Source: an uncultured Rhizobiaceae bacterium (GTDB taxonomy: Bacteria; Pseudomonadota; Alphaproteobacteria; Rhizobiales; Rhizobiaceae). Taken from it: a DNA stretch of 64,000 nt. The first letter of the stretch is position 1, and the number at the start of each line of letters is the position of its first letter. The DNA lies in the NCBI GenBank assembly GCA_964244725.1, contig CAXTJQ010000010.1, positions 42,695-106,694 of the forward strand, in the 5' to 3' direction. Both the position numbers and the translations under genes were made by a program. The notes below the pieces were generated by a model, which had not been told where the DNA came from, ran no database searches, and saw only the letters and a list, made by a program, of their open reading frames with translations. Shown here in pieces: positions 19,966-29,592 of the stretch.

Positions 19966-22231
19966 CGATCCTGAGGGTAAAGACGAATTCGGTTTCGGGA
20001 CCGGCGCGCGCCGAGATCTTGCCGCCATGCGCTTCCACGATCGAGCGGCACAGCGACAGGCCGATGCCCATGCCGTTCGTGGTCGAGTTGTGGAACGGCT
20101 CGAAGAGCTTCGGCAACATCTCGGCCGCGATTCCAATTCCGGTATCCCTGATGGTGATCCTCGCCATCGGCCCCCCCCGACGCGTCGAGACCGTCAGCAC
20201 GCGGCGTTCTCGGCCCTGCATCGCGCTCAGGCTGTTGCGGACGAGATTGAGGATGACTTGGCCGACCTGCACCGGATCCGCCAGGATTTCGGGCATGTCC
20301 GGCTCCATGTCGAAGACGATGTCGCACCGTTCCCCGTCGCGGGCGACCAGCGCGAGCTCCACCCCCTGGCGGATGACGGCGTGCAGGTCGATCCGTTCCA
20401 GGGCGATCTCGCCCTGTCCGATGAAATCGCGCAGCCGCCTGACGAGATCGGCGGCCCGCGACGATTCCGACACCGCGCTGTCCATCAGCCTGTCCACCTG
20501 GACGGGTATGGCGAGGCCGTAGTTCCTGAGCTCCTGGCGGCAGGCGTTGACGTAGTTTGTGACCGCCGATAGCGGCTGGTTGAGCTCGTGGGCCAACGCG
20601 GACGCAAGTTCGCCCAGCGCACGGTTGCGGGCGGCATCGAGCAGGATGAGCCGCAGGCGTGCCTCTTCCGCCTCGGCCGCCATCTTCGCGGCGACCGCTC
20701 CGCGCTCGCGGTCGAGGCTGTTCATGGCGAACAGCGCGCGCCGTGTGATGCGCAGCATCTCGTGATCCGTCGCGGTGAAGGGTTCGCTGCGGCCACGCCG
20801 TTCCTCGCTCCACAACGCGAAGGATCCGCGCGGCGACAGGCGGCTCGATCCGTCCTGCAGTCGCCTGACCGCCTTGTCCGGTTTGCCGGCCCATCGAATG
20901 GTTTGCTCGAAGGATTCGCGAAACAGGACGAGCCAGTCACGCCCGTCATCCGAAAGCTCCATCATCGCCGCCCCCGACACCTCGTTCATGATGGCGGGAT
21001 TCGCGCCGTCTTGCCCCGGCAGCCGATCGGATGTGGCGATTCCATCGACGAGTTCATCGCTAAGCGAAAGATAGGTTTCGGGGAATACGGGGGTCGAACC
21101 GACTTCGAATGCGATGCCGTCCAGCATCATCACAAGCCCTTGCGCATTGCATTGGTCCATCAGGATGTCGGCGTGGTCGCGCACGACGTTGCGCAACGGT
21201 TTGCCCATGCGCGCCTCGCGCTCGATCTCGAAGGCGGTCTTTTCGGCGCGGATGCTGTGGCGAAGCTTGATCGTGTTCTCAAGACTCTGCAACAGCGCCG
21301 AGATCGTGCCGCCGATCAACTCGCAGAACCGGAGTGTGCTCCACGACAGGTGCAGTGGCGCATAGTGGTGGCAGGCCACCAGGCCCCACAATTCTCGGTT
21401 CGACGTAAGCGAGATCGATAGGCTGGCGCCCACGCCCATGTTGTTCAGATACTCGACATGCACGGGCGCCACGGCGCGCAGTTTCGAATAGGTCAGGTCG
21501 AGCGGGTTCGCCGAGGCCGCGTCGGCGACCGTTCCCGAGCGCGCCATGATCGGCACGGGCAACGCGTTAATGTCCGGAATGATGCGGATGACGTTGAGCA
21601 GGAAGTGCCGCCGTGCGGGATCGGGAATGTCGGACGCTGGATAGTGGAGGCCAAGGAAGCTGTCCGCGCGCACGGTGCTTTCGGCGATGACTTCGCCATG
21701 CTTGTCCTTGGCGAAGCGATAGATCATCACCCGGTCGAAGCCGGTGACCTCGCGGATGATCTGCGCGCCTATTTGCGCCAGTCCGGTCAGCGTTTCGGGC
21801 TGGATCAGTTCGGAAATGACGCGCTGGCGCAGAAGATCGGTTTCCCAGGTGACTGCCGGGCCGCGTTCGATGGCGACGAACTCCAGGACGATCCGCCCAT
21901 CATACGCATGCGGATAGCATTCGAAGTCGGCCTCGGCCTCGCCTGCTCCCTCGAACGACAGAAACCAGGGCCGCAAAAGATCCGGCATCGTCGGCAGCAG
22001 GTTGCGCGAACGCAACGCCGTGCAATTGGCGTCGCCGACGAGCCACGCGAGCGGTCGGCCGAGCAGATCGGCGCATCCGTGCCCGAACAGATCCTTCGTA
22101 TTGCCGCTCGCGAACTCGACCGTCAGGGTCGACTGATCGACCGCGATGAGCACGCCGGTCGGCTGAATCGCGCCGATCTGATGAATGGGCTCCGTGTCGC
22201 ACGACGTGAGGTCGATGATGCGCTTCAGCAC
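19946..22231 (-). CDS. bphP: Bacteriophytochrome histidine kinase (PAS-GAF-PHY-HisKA-HATPase)
   Basis: DLTSCDTEPIH (N-terminal bilin-binding Cys), TGFDRVMIYRF, YPASDIP, HVEYLNNMG, WGLVACHH, PRGSF; kinase LAHELNQPL, QVILNLVRN, DTGIG, GMGIGL; GTG start overlapping the bphO stop. Confidence 0.93.
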   Translation of the reverse strand: MLKRIIDLTSCDTEPIHQIGAIQPTGVLIAVDQSTLTVEFASGNTKDLFGHGCADLLGRPLAWLVGDANCTALRSRNLLPTMPDLLRPWFLSFEGAGEAEADFECYPHAYDGRIVLEFVAIERGPAVTWETDLLRQRVISELIQPETLTGLAQIGAQIIREVTGFDRVMIYRFAKDKHGEVIAESTVRADSFLGLHYPASDIPDPARRHFLLNVIRIIPDINALPVPIMARSGTVADAASANPLDLTYSKLRAVAPVHVEYLNNMGVGASLSISLTSNRELWGLVACHHYAPLHLSWSTLRFCELIGGTISALLQSLENTIKLRHSIRAEKTAFEIEREARMGKPLRNVVRDHADILMDQCNAQGLVMMLDGIAFEVGSTPVFPETYLSLSDELVDGIATSDRLPGQDGANPAIMNEVSGAAMMELSDDGRDWLVLFRESFEQTIRWAGKPDKAVRRLQDGSSRLSPRGSFALWSEERRGRSEPFTATDHEMLRITRRALFAMNSLDRERGAVAAKMAAEAEEARLRLILLDAARNRALGELASALAHELNQPLSAVTNYVNACRQELRNYGLAIPVQVDRLMDSAVSESSRAADLVRRLRDFIGQGEIALERIDLHAVIRQGVELALVARDGERCDIVFDMEPDMPEILADPVQVGQVILNLVRNSLSAMQGRERRVLTVSTRRGGPMARITIRDTGIGIAAEMLPKLFEPFHNSTTNGMGIGLSLCRSIVEAHGGKISARAGPETEFVFTLRIDGNRGS

Positions 22232-22878
22232 CGGCCCGGGCTCATGTCCCAGGAGGGGTCGCGCCATATGGCCAGCCAGTCCGCGAAGCTGACGAAAGCC
22301 GCCTGCGCGCCGGCGATCATATCCTGTTTTTCCGCTTCGGTCGCCGCGATCCTGTCGAGCATGGCGCAGGTCATGGCCCAGCGCCCGGCGCCCGCTTCGC
22401 GGCACCACCGCCAGTAACCACTGCCCGAAGCATCGTGCTTTTCGAGCAGCGACTCAACGGCGCGGCAGAGGACGCCGCCCCCGAGCATCGAGCCTTCGAA
22501 GACGTAAAGCATGCCACCCAACGTTCCGGCCGTATCGATCGGGGGCAATGCCGCAAGATTTGCAGCGCGGATCGGCGGTACGCCGAGTGCGGCCAGATCC
22601 TTTGCGAGAATTGACGTTCGCGGCGCATAGGCAAAACCTAACCGATTGAGGGCGTATCGCTCGCAGCTTTGCGCGAGCAACCGGTCGTGCCGGGCGTAGA
22701 AGCCATGGAACAGGATCATCAGCCGTTGATATCCACCGACATCGAGCGTCCCGTTCATTAGGGCCGCGAAGGCCGGATGGGCGTCGAGTGATTCGTGTTC
22801 GGGCCGGGTCGCGCGGCGAAGTTCGAAACGGAACGCCTCCGGCTTCGGCCGTTGCTCGATCTGGTCCTGCGCCATCAT
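22225..22878 (-). CDS. bphO: Biliverdin-producing heme oxygenase (BphO-like)
   Basis: LRRATRPEHESLD (proximal His) and LYVFEGSMLGG motifs; directly upstream of the phytochrome. Confidence 0.85.
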   Translation of the reverse strand: MMAQDQIEQRPKPEAFRFELRRATRPEHESLDAHPAFAALMNGTLDVGGYQRLMILFHGFYARHDRLLAQSCERYALNRLGFAYAPRTSILAKDLAALGVPPIRAANLAALPPIDTAGTLGGMLYVFEGSMLGGGVLCRAVESLLEKHDASGSGYWRWCREAGAGRWAMTCAMLDRIAATEAEKQDMIAGAQAAFVSFADWLAIWRDPSWDMSPGRC

Positions 22879-23041
22879 CCCCCTGCCGGCGCCTTGCCTG
22901 CCGCACCGCACCGACTCCCGTTCATGCGATGCTGCAAGTGTAGCGTCATTGTTGCAGACAGCAACGCGACATTGGACGAAACCGATGGGAATGCGCGGTT
23001 CGCGCGAACGATCGGATCTTCTGTTTTTTCCGGCTCGGCGT

Positions 23042-24238
23042 TCAACGGCGCTCGTCGTCGCGCCGCTCCAGCCCATAGGGCTTCACCAGGGCCCAAACGT
23101 GATCGGGCGCCATGTTTCGCACCCGGCGCGGGTGCTCGCGTCGCAGGTGCAGCACGGTCTCCACCGCCTTCATCTCGACGCGGGCGCGCGCGAATTCGAG
23201 CCCGCGCGGACCTATGCGCGGCATCAGCCAGCCGACGATCGGCCTGAGCCAGTCGGGCATGGAGCGGAGGGGGAGGCCGCCGGCCGCGCGCGCGACATTG
23301 GCGAGGAAGCCTTTCACCGGCCCCGCGCGCTTTCCGGCGCTGCCGGGCGCGGAAACACGCGCCTCGTCGCCCAGCAGGGCGAGCAACTCCTCGCCGCGCT
23401 CGTTGCGCACCAGCAGCCATTGCTCCCCCTGTCCCCCCATGTAACCGACTGTTATGTCGGCTAGAACGTTGGTGTAGTCGACGCAGGTCCGGCAGGTCAG
23501 CGGGAAAAAATCGGGCGGCAGTTTCGAGATCGGCAATTTGAGGAACGGGATGATGCGGGTCCGGCCGTCGCTGAATCGCAGTTCAACGTGGAAGTCGGCG
23601 CGGAACTCCAGATAGACGATTGTCTCAGGGTCGTCGTCCAGCAGGTCGAGAAAGTCATGGAAGCGCTCGGTGGTGGTGTTGTCGGAGCAGGGCGTCCCGA
23701 TGACGTAGAGCCGATCGAATCCATACTCTCGTTCGAGCGCTCGCAGGGCATGGACCTGGCAGGGAATGCCAATGACCGCCAGACGCTTGAAACCACGCTG
23801 ACGGGCCGGCTCCAGCAGCGCCAGCAGTGGCGCGTAGCCCATGCGCATGCCGCGGCACGCGGCCATGCCTTCAGGCTTCGTCACGATGACCGGCATCGGC
23901 TTCCATTTGTCGGCGGGATCCGGCGCCATGGTCAGCACCGCGTCGACCATGCCGGTCTCCAGCAGCCGCTCGGCGATGCGGGTCGTGATTCCGGTCCACT
24001 GCGCGCCCGCCATCGGCGTCTTCAGCGATGCGCGAACCATGCGCCGGAACGGCCCGAAATGCATCTCGTCGGGCCGCGCCGGATCGCGCGCGCGGCCATG
24101 CGCCTGTTTCTCGAGACCGTCATAGTCGGGCTTGATGAACTGGCAGGCGCGCCCGCAAGCCTTGGGGTCGGCGGTGCGGGAAATGCCGCAATCGGTGCAT
24201 AGATCGCGCGCGACGGCCGGCGCCAGGAGCGGCGCCAT
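23042..24238 (-). CDS. bciB: Ferredoxin-dependent 8-vinyl (divinyl-chlorophyllide) reductase, F420-hydrogenase beta family
   Basis: LCTDCG..CGRACQFI, GAQWTGI, IGIPCQV, GTPCSDN, YLEFRAD and CRTCVDYTN motifs; located at the edge of the photosynthesis cluster; the start could be a few codons upstream. Confidence 0.85.
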   Translation of the reverse strand: MAPLLAPAVARDLCTDCGISRTADPKACGRACQFIKPDYDGLEKQAHGRARDPARPDEMHFGPFRRMVRASLKTPMAGAQWTGITTRIAERLLETGMVDAVLTMAPDPADKWKPMPVIVTKPEGMAACRGMRMGYAPLLALLEPARQRGFKRLAVIGIPCQVHALRALEREYGFDRLYVIGTPCSDNTTTERFHDFLDLLDDDPETIVYLEFRADFHVELRFSDGRTRIIPFLKLPISKLPPDFFPLTCRTCVDYTNVLADITVGYMGGQGEQWLLVRNERGEELLALLGDEARVSAPGSAGKRAGPVKGFLANVARAAGGLPLRSMPDWLRPIVGWLMPRIGPRGLEFARARVEMKAVETVLHLRREHPRRVRNMAPDHVWALVKPYGLERRDDERR

Positions 24239-24400
24239 GATCGAATCCGAATGATTCAAGTGGACCGTCACGCCCGGCGACCCTTTACCGATAGTCAACG
24301 ATACGACACGCTGTAAACTGTCAGTTGCGATGGAAAACGACAACCGAATTCTTGGACCGCTCAAGGCCGTCGGCTTGACGGCGGTTCGGGGCGAAACGAC

Positions 24401-25909
24401 TTGATTCGATGGCTGATTCTCGTTGTCGCGTGCTTGGCGGCGGCATTCGGACTGTTCAGGCTGGTTTCGGCCGCCTCGGGCCTGAAGGTGTCGCATGCCA
24501 AATTACAGGGCACGCCGGTTACGGTCTTCAGCGCAGGGGGCGAACCCGCGCCGGTCGTGGTGATCGCGCATGGTTTTGCCGGATCGCAGCAGTTCATGCA
24601 GCCCTTCGCCATCACGCTGGCGCGCAGCGGCTACCTCGTCGCCACCTACGACCTGCTCGGTCACGGCCGCAATCCCGCGCCGCTCGGCGGTGACGTGACC
24701 AAGGTCGAAGGCGCGACCGCCAACCTCGTCGCCCAACTCGACCGCGTCGCGACATTCGCGCGTGGTCTGCCGCGCTCGGACGGGCGGCTTGCCGTGCTCG
24801 GGCATTCGATGGCGACGGACATCATCGTGCGCTACGCGACCGCGCACCCCGAGGTTGCCGCCACTGTGGCGGTGTCGATGTTCTCGCCGGCAGTCACCGC
24901 GACCACGCCGAGGAACCTGCTGGTCGTCGTCGGCGCGCTGGAGACCGGACTCCGCGCCGAGGGGCTCAGGGCGCTGGCGCTTTCGGCCGGCGCGGACGCC
25001 CGCGAGGACGAGACCTACGGCAACGCGGCCGACGGAACCGCGCGGCGTGTCGCGATCTCACCCTCCGTAGAGCATATCGGCGTGCTCTACAGCGGCAAGA
25101 GCCTGGCGGAATCGCGCGACTGGCTCAATCTCATATTCGGACGCACCGTCTCCGGCCTGCCGGAAACGCGGGGCCTGTCGCTGCTTCTGTTCTTTGCGGG
25201 CGTGGTCGTGATCGCGCGCTTCGCCAGCCGCTTTCTGCCGCGCGCGGCGACCCGGCCCATCGGCATCGCGGCGCCATGGCGAACGCTCGTGTTTCTTGGA
25301 TTGGCGCCGGCGCTCGCTACGCCCTTGCTTCTCTGGAAGGCGCCGACCGATTTCCTGCCGGTTCCAGTCGGCGATTACCTCGCCGCGCATTTTCTCGTCT
25401 ACGGCGTGGTGACCGGTATGGGCTTGCTCATCTTCGGGCGTCGGACCGGAATGGGCCCTTCTGGCCTGCACTGGGGCAGGGCGCTCGCCGGCATCGTCGC
25501 GGCGACGCTGTTTTGCCTTCTGGTCATCTTTCTGCCGATCGACCGTTTCGTCACCTCCTTCGTGCCCAATGCGCTACGCCTGCCGCTGATCATCGCGATG
25601 CTGGCCGGGCTTTTGCCTTATTTCCTCGCCGACGAATGTCTGACGCGCGGCGCGAAGGCTCCGCGCGGCGCCTATCTCTTCACCAAGCTTTGCTTCCTTC
25701 TTTCGCTCGCCATCGCCGTCGCGCTGAATTTCGAAAAGCTCTTCTTCCTGCTCATCGTCGTGCCCGTCATCCTGGTCTTCTTTATCGTCTTCGGGCTGGC
25801 CAGTTCATGGATTTACCGACGCACCTGGCATCCGGTCGTCGGCGCGGTCACCAATGCGATCCTGTTCGCATGGGCCATTGCCGTGACGTTTCCGGTGCTC
25901 GCATCGTGA
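24401..25909 (+). CDS. Alpha/beta hydrolase with a C-terminal multi-pass membrane domain
   Basis: N-terminal signal/anchor; AHGFAGS oxyanion motif; LGHSMA nucleophile elbow; several hydrophobic helices in the C-terminal half; TTG start. Confidence 0.8.
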   Translation: MIRWLILVVACLAAAFGLFRLVSAASGLKVSHAKLQGTPVTVFSAGGEPAPVVVIAHGFAGSQQFMQPFAITLARSGYLVATYDLLGHGRNPAPLGGDVTKVEGATANLVAQLDRVATFARGLPRSDGRLAVLGHSMATDIIVRYATAHPEVAATVAVSMFSPAVTATTPRNLLVVVGALETGLRAEGLRALALSAGADAREDETYGNAADGTARRVAISPSVEHIGVLYSGKSLAESRDWLNLIFGRTVSGLPETRGLSLLLFFAGVVVIARFASRFLPRAATRPIGIAAPWRTLVFLGLAPALATPLLLWKAPTDFLPVPVGDYLAAHFLVYGVVTGMGLLIFGRRTGMGPSGLHWGRALAGIVAATLFCLLVIFLPIDRFVTSFVPNALRLPLIIAMLAGLLPYFLADECLTRGAKAPRGAYLFTKLCFLLSLAIAVALNFEKLFFLLIVVPVILVFFIVFGLASSWIYRRTWHPVVGAVTNAILFAWAIAVTFPVLAS

Positions 25910-25973
25910 CACCGCGCTGAAAAAGCCTATCTTCGGGAAATAGTCGCAGCCGCATCCGAGAGGAAGCACGCCC

Positions 25974-26435
25974 GTGTCGCTGGATTGGTCGCTCGCCGTC
26001 TTCATCGCGCTCGTCGTCGGCGCCGCGTCGAGCGGCGTCATCTTCAAGCCTGGCGAATGGTATCGGGCCTTGCGCAAGCCCGTCTGGACGCCGCCGAACT
26101 GGCTGTTCGGACCGGTCTGGTCGGTGCTTTACATCATGATCGCGTTTGCCGGATGGCTGGTCTGGAGCGCCGATCCATCCAGCCCCGCCATGTGGTTCTG
26201 GGGCCTGCAGCTTCTCGTCAACGCGACATGGTCGGGCGTGTTCTTCGGCATGCGCCGCATGGACCTCGCCTTCTACGACATCGGTCTGCTCTGGCTGCTG
26301 GTCGCCGGCTTTATCCTGACCGCCTTGCCTGTTTCGACGACGGCCGCGCTGCTTTTCGCGCCCTATCTGACGTGGGTGACGATCGCCGGCGCGCTCAACT
26401 GGACGGTCTGGCGGATGAACCCGGCGTCGGTTTGA
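25974..26435 (+). CDS. tspO: TspO/MBR tryptophan-rich sensory protein
   Basis: WYRALRKPVWTPPNWLFGPVWSVLY and LFAPYLTWVTIA. Confidence 0.95.
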   Translation: MSLDWSLAVFIALVVGAASSGVIFKPGEWYRALRKPVWTPPNWLFGPVWSVLYIMIAFAGWLVWSADPSSPAMWFWGLQLLVNATWSGVFFGMRRMDLAFYDIGLLWLLVAGFILTALPVSTTAALLFAPYLTWVTIAGALNWTVWRMNPASV

Positions 26436-26439
26436 CGCC

Positions 26440-27420
26440 TCAAGCGCGTTCGAGGACGCGCGCGAACCCGTTCTGCTGCTCCCAGGTCTCAAAGAAGGCG
26501 GCGCCCGCCTTGGCCCGGACTTCCTCGCCGGCGGCCCGGCCGATCGTCGCCGCGTCGGCCGCCGGTCCATCGCTCTCGATAGCATAGGATTTGTTGCCGT
26601 CTGGCGTCAGGATTGTTCCGTTGAAGCGGAGCGCGCCGCCGTCGATCCGCGCGTAGCCCGCGATCGGAGTCCGGCACGAGCCGTCGAGCGCCGCCAGGAA
26701 AGCGCGCTCGCAGGCCAGCGCCTGGCCTGTGGGCTTGTGATGGATTGCGGCCAGAAGGACGCGCGCGCGGTCGTCATCGGCCCGGCTTTCGATACAGATC
26801 GCGCCTTGCCCCGGCGCCGGTGGAAACTGGTCCAGCGGCATCAGGTCGGTGATCACCTGTTCGAGGCCGAGCCGCTTGAGGCCCGAAAGCGCCAGCATCG
26901 TGCCGTCGGCCACACCTTCGGCCATCTTGCGCAGCCGCGTCTGCACGTTGCCGCGGAAGGTGATGACCGACAAATCGGGCCGCATCCGGCGGATCAGAGC
27001 CTGGCGGCGCAGCGACGACGAGCCGATCGTGGAGCCACGCGGCATGTCCATGATGGTTTGCGCCGCGCGTCCGACGAAGGCATCGCGCGGATCCTCCCGC
27101 GGCAGGAACGCGGTGAGTTCGAGGCCGCGCGGCAGCGCGGTCGGCATATCCTTGGACGAATGCACGGCGATGTCGATCCGGCCGTCGAGCAGCGCGTCCT
27201 CGATCTCCTTGGTGAACAGGCCCTTGCCGCCGGCTTCCGATAGCGGACGGTCCTGGATGCGGTCGCCCATCACCGAGATCACCGCGATGGCGAATGCGTC
27301 CTCCGGCAAGTCGTGCGCCGCCATCAGCCGTGCGCGCGTCTCGTGCGCCTGCGCCAGCGCCAGCGGGCTGCCGCGCGTCCCGATGCGCAGAACGGTCGGC
27401 GGAACGTCGGCCATATCCAT
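26440..27420 (-). CDS. hemC: Hydroxymethylbilane synthase
   Basis: [47 protein letters not shown] and [10 protein letters not shown]. Confidence 0.96.
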   Translation of the reverse strand: MDMADVPPTVLRIGTRGSPLALAQAHETRARLMAAHDLPEDAFAIAVISVMGDRIQDRPLSEAGGKGLFTKEIEDALLDGRIDIAVHSSKDMPTALPRGLELTAFLPREDPRDAFVGRAAQTIMDMPRGSTIGSSSLRRQALIRRMRPDLSVITFRGNVQTRLRKMAEGVADGTMLALSGLKRLGLEQVITDLMPLDQFPPAPGQGAICIESRADDDRARVLLAAIHHKPTGQALACERAFLAALDGSCRTPIAGYARIDGGALRFNGTILTPDGNKSYAIESDGPAADAATIGRAAGEEVRAKAGAAFFETWEQQNGFARVLERA

Positions 27421-27440
27421 CGGCGTCGGCCTTCGGCCGC

Positions 27441-29378
27441 TCAGGCCGTCGCCGCGACGGCGATCGCACGCGCGGGCGGGCCTTCCGCTTCGATCCCGAG
27501 CGCCGCGAGCGCCGTGGCGACGATATGCGGCGCGTTCAGTCCTGCGGTATCGTACATCGCGCGCGGCGTATCGTGATCCAGGAACACGTCCGGCAGGGTC
27601 ATGGTGCGGATGCGCAGCCCGCGATCCAGCCTGCCCGACGATGCCAGGAAATGCAGGGTCTGAGCGCCGAACCCGCCTGAAGCGCCTTCCTCGATCGTCA
27701 TGACGACCTGGTGATGCCGTGCGAGCTGCAGGATCAGCTGGTGGTCGAGCGGCTTGGCGAAGCGGGCGTCGGCGACCGTTGTCGACAGGCCCTTCGCCTC
27801 CAGCGTGGCTGCCGCCTTGAAGCACTCGCCGAGCCGCCCGCCGAGCGACAGGAGCGCGATCTTCGACCCTTCGCGCAGGATGCGTCCCTTGCCGATCTCG
27901 AGCGCCACGCCGCGCTCCGGCAGCGCAATGCCCTGGCCCTCGCCGCGCGGGTAGCGGAAGGCGGACGGGCCGTCGTCGATCGCCGCCGCCGTCGCGACCA
28001 TATGCACCAGTTCCGCCTCGTCGGCGGCGGCCATCACCACGAAGCCGGGCAGGTTGCCGAGATAGGCGACGTCGAAAGCGCCGGCATGCGTGGCGCCGTC
28101 GTCGCCCACGAGCCCCGCGCGGTCGATGGCGAACCGCACCGGCAGCTTCTGCAAGGCCACGTCATGGACGATCTGGTCGTAGCCGCGCTGCAGGAAGGTC
28201 GAGTAGATCGCGCAGAACGGCCGCATGCCGGCCGCGGCGAGTCCGGCGGCGAAGGTCACGCCATGCTGTTCGGCGATGCCGACATCGAAGAAGCGCGCCG
28301 GGAACCGCTTCTGGAACTTGTCGAGCCCGGTTCCCGCTCCCATGGCGGCGGTGATGGCCACGATGCGGCTGTCGGTCTCGGCTTCGCGAATCAGGCTGTC
28401 GGCGAAGACGCCGGTATAGGTCGGAGCCTTCGGCGGCGATTTCTGCTGCTGGCCGGTGACGATGTCGAAGCGGGCGACGCCGTGATATTTGTCCGCCGCG
28501 TTCTCGGCCGGAGCGTAGCCCCTGCCCTTCTCGGTCAGCGCATGGATGAGCACCGGCCCATCGGCGCGTTGGCGCACCGTGCGCAGCACGTGCAGCAATT
28601 GGTTCACGTCATGCCCGTCGACCGGACCGACATACGAAAAGCCGAGATCCTCGAACAGAGACCCGCCGACGATCAGATCCTTGACCAGGCCCTGTGCGCG
28701 TTCCGCGCCTTCGCGCAACGGCGGCGGCAGAAGCGACACCGAGCCTTTGGCCAACGCCTTGAAATCCTGGAACGGGCGCTCGGAATAAAGCTTGATCAGG
28801 TGTCGCGACATCGCGCCGACCGGCGGCGAGATCGACATGTCGTTGTCGTTGAGGATGACGATCAGCCGCTTGCCGAGATGGCCGGCATTGTTCATCGCCT
28901 CGTAGGCCATCCCGGCCGAGAGCGCCCCGTCGCCGATGACGCAGATCACGTCGCCCTTCTCGCCCTTGAGATCGCGCGCGACGGCGAAGCCGAGGCCGGC
29001 CGAGATCGAGGTCGACGAATGCGCAGCGCCGAAGGGATCGTATTCGCTTTCCGACCGCTTGGTGAAGCCCGAAAGGCCGCCGCCCTGCCGCAGCGTGCGG
29101 ATGCGCTCGCGCCGGCCGGTGAGGATCTTGTGCGGGTAGCATTGGTGGCCCACGTCGAAGATCAGTCTGTCGCGCGGCGTGTCGAAGACCGCATGGATCG
29201 CCACGGTCAGTTCCACCACGCCCAGGCTCGCGCCGAGGTGGCCGCCGGTGACCGACACGGCCGAGATCGTCTCGCTGCGCACTTCTCCCGCGAGCCGCAC
29301 CAGTTCGGTCGGCGTCAGGCGCTTCATGTCGGCGGGCGAGGAAATCCTGTCGAGGACGCTTCGGTCGGGTCGTTTCAT
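27441..29378 (-). CDS. dxs: 1-deoxy-D-xylulose-5-phosphate synthase
   Basis: [46 protein letters not shown] and [11 protein letters not shown]. Confidence 0.97.
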   Translation of the reverse strand: MKRPDRSVLDRISSPADMKRLTPTELVRLAGEVRSETISAVSVTGGHLGASLGVVELTVAIHAVFDTPRDRLIFDVGHQCYPHKILTGRRERIRTLRQGGGLSGFTKRSESEYDPFGAAHSSTSISAGLGFAVARDLKGEKGDVICVIGDGALSAGMAYEAMNNAGHLGKRLIVILNDNDMSISPPVGAMSRHLIKLYSERPFQDFKALAKGSVSLLPPPLREGAERAQGLVKDLIVGGSLFEDLGFSYVGPVDGHDVNQLLHVLRTVRQRADGPVLIHALTEKGRGYAPAENAADKYHGVARFDIVTGQQQKSPPKAPTYTGVFADSLIREAETDSRIVAITAAMGAGTGLDKFQKRFPARFFDVGIAEQHGVTFAAGLAAAGMRPFCAIYSTFLQRGYDQIVHDVALQKLPVRFAIDRAGLVGDDGATHAGAFDVAYLGNLPGFVVMAAADEAELVHMVATAAAIDDGPSAFRYPRGEGQGIALPERGVALEIGKGRILREGSKIALLSLGGRLGECFKAAATLEAKGLSTTVADARFAKPLDHQLILQLARHHQVVMTIEEGASGGFGAQTLHFLASSGRLDRGLRIRTMTLPDVFLDHDTPRAMYDTAGLNAPHIVATALAALGIEAEGPPARAIAVAATA

Positions 29379-29491
29379 GGCGCTGCCTCTCCCTGCGCGG
29401 GATCGTTCGGCGCGTCTTGCGGATCACGCCGCCAACCCTTTTACCACCCGACCAGAACCCACGTTCGCAGAACGCCGAAATCAGCGGTTGG

Positions 29492-29535
29492 TGTAAACAA
29501 ACCTTTACACAGCAATGTGTCAATGTCGATTGATT
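29492..29535. promoter_or_regulatory. Tandem PpsR/CrtJ operator upstream of dxs
   Basis: Perfect box TGTAAACAAACCTTTACA (29492-29509), an 8-bp gap, then a degenerate box TGTCAATGTCGATTGATT (29518-29535). Confidence 0.8.
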
Positions 29536-29592
29536 TTTGAGTTGGTATGCAGTCGCTGTCGTACCCGACCATGGGCGAACGATCGTCGCCGG

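Noticed and set aside
24286-24329. PpsR tandem site upstream of bciB
   Set aside because: Only isolated half-site-like words (TTTACC, AGTCAA, TGTAAA) with wrong spacing; not listed as a feature.
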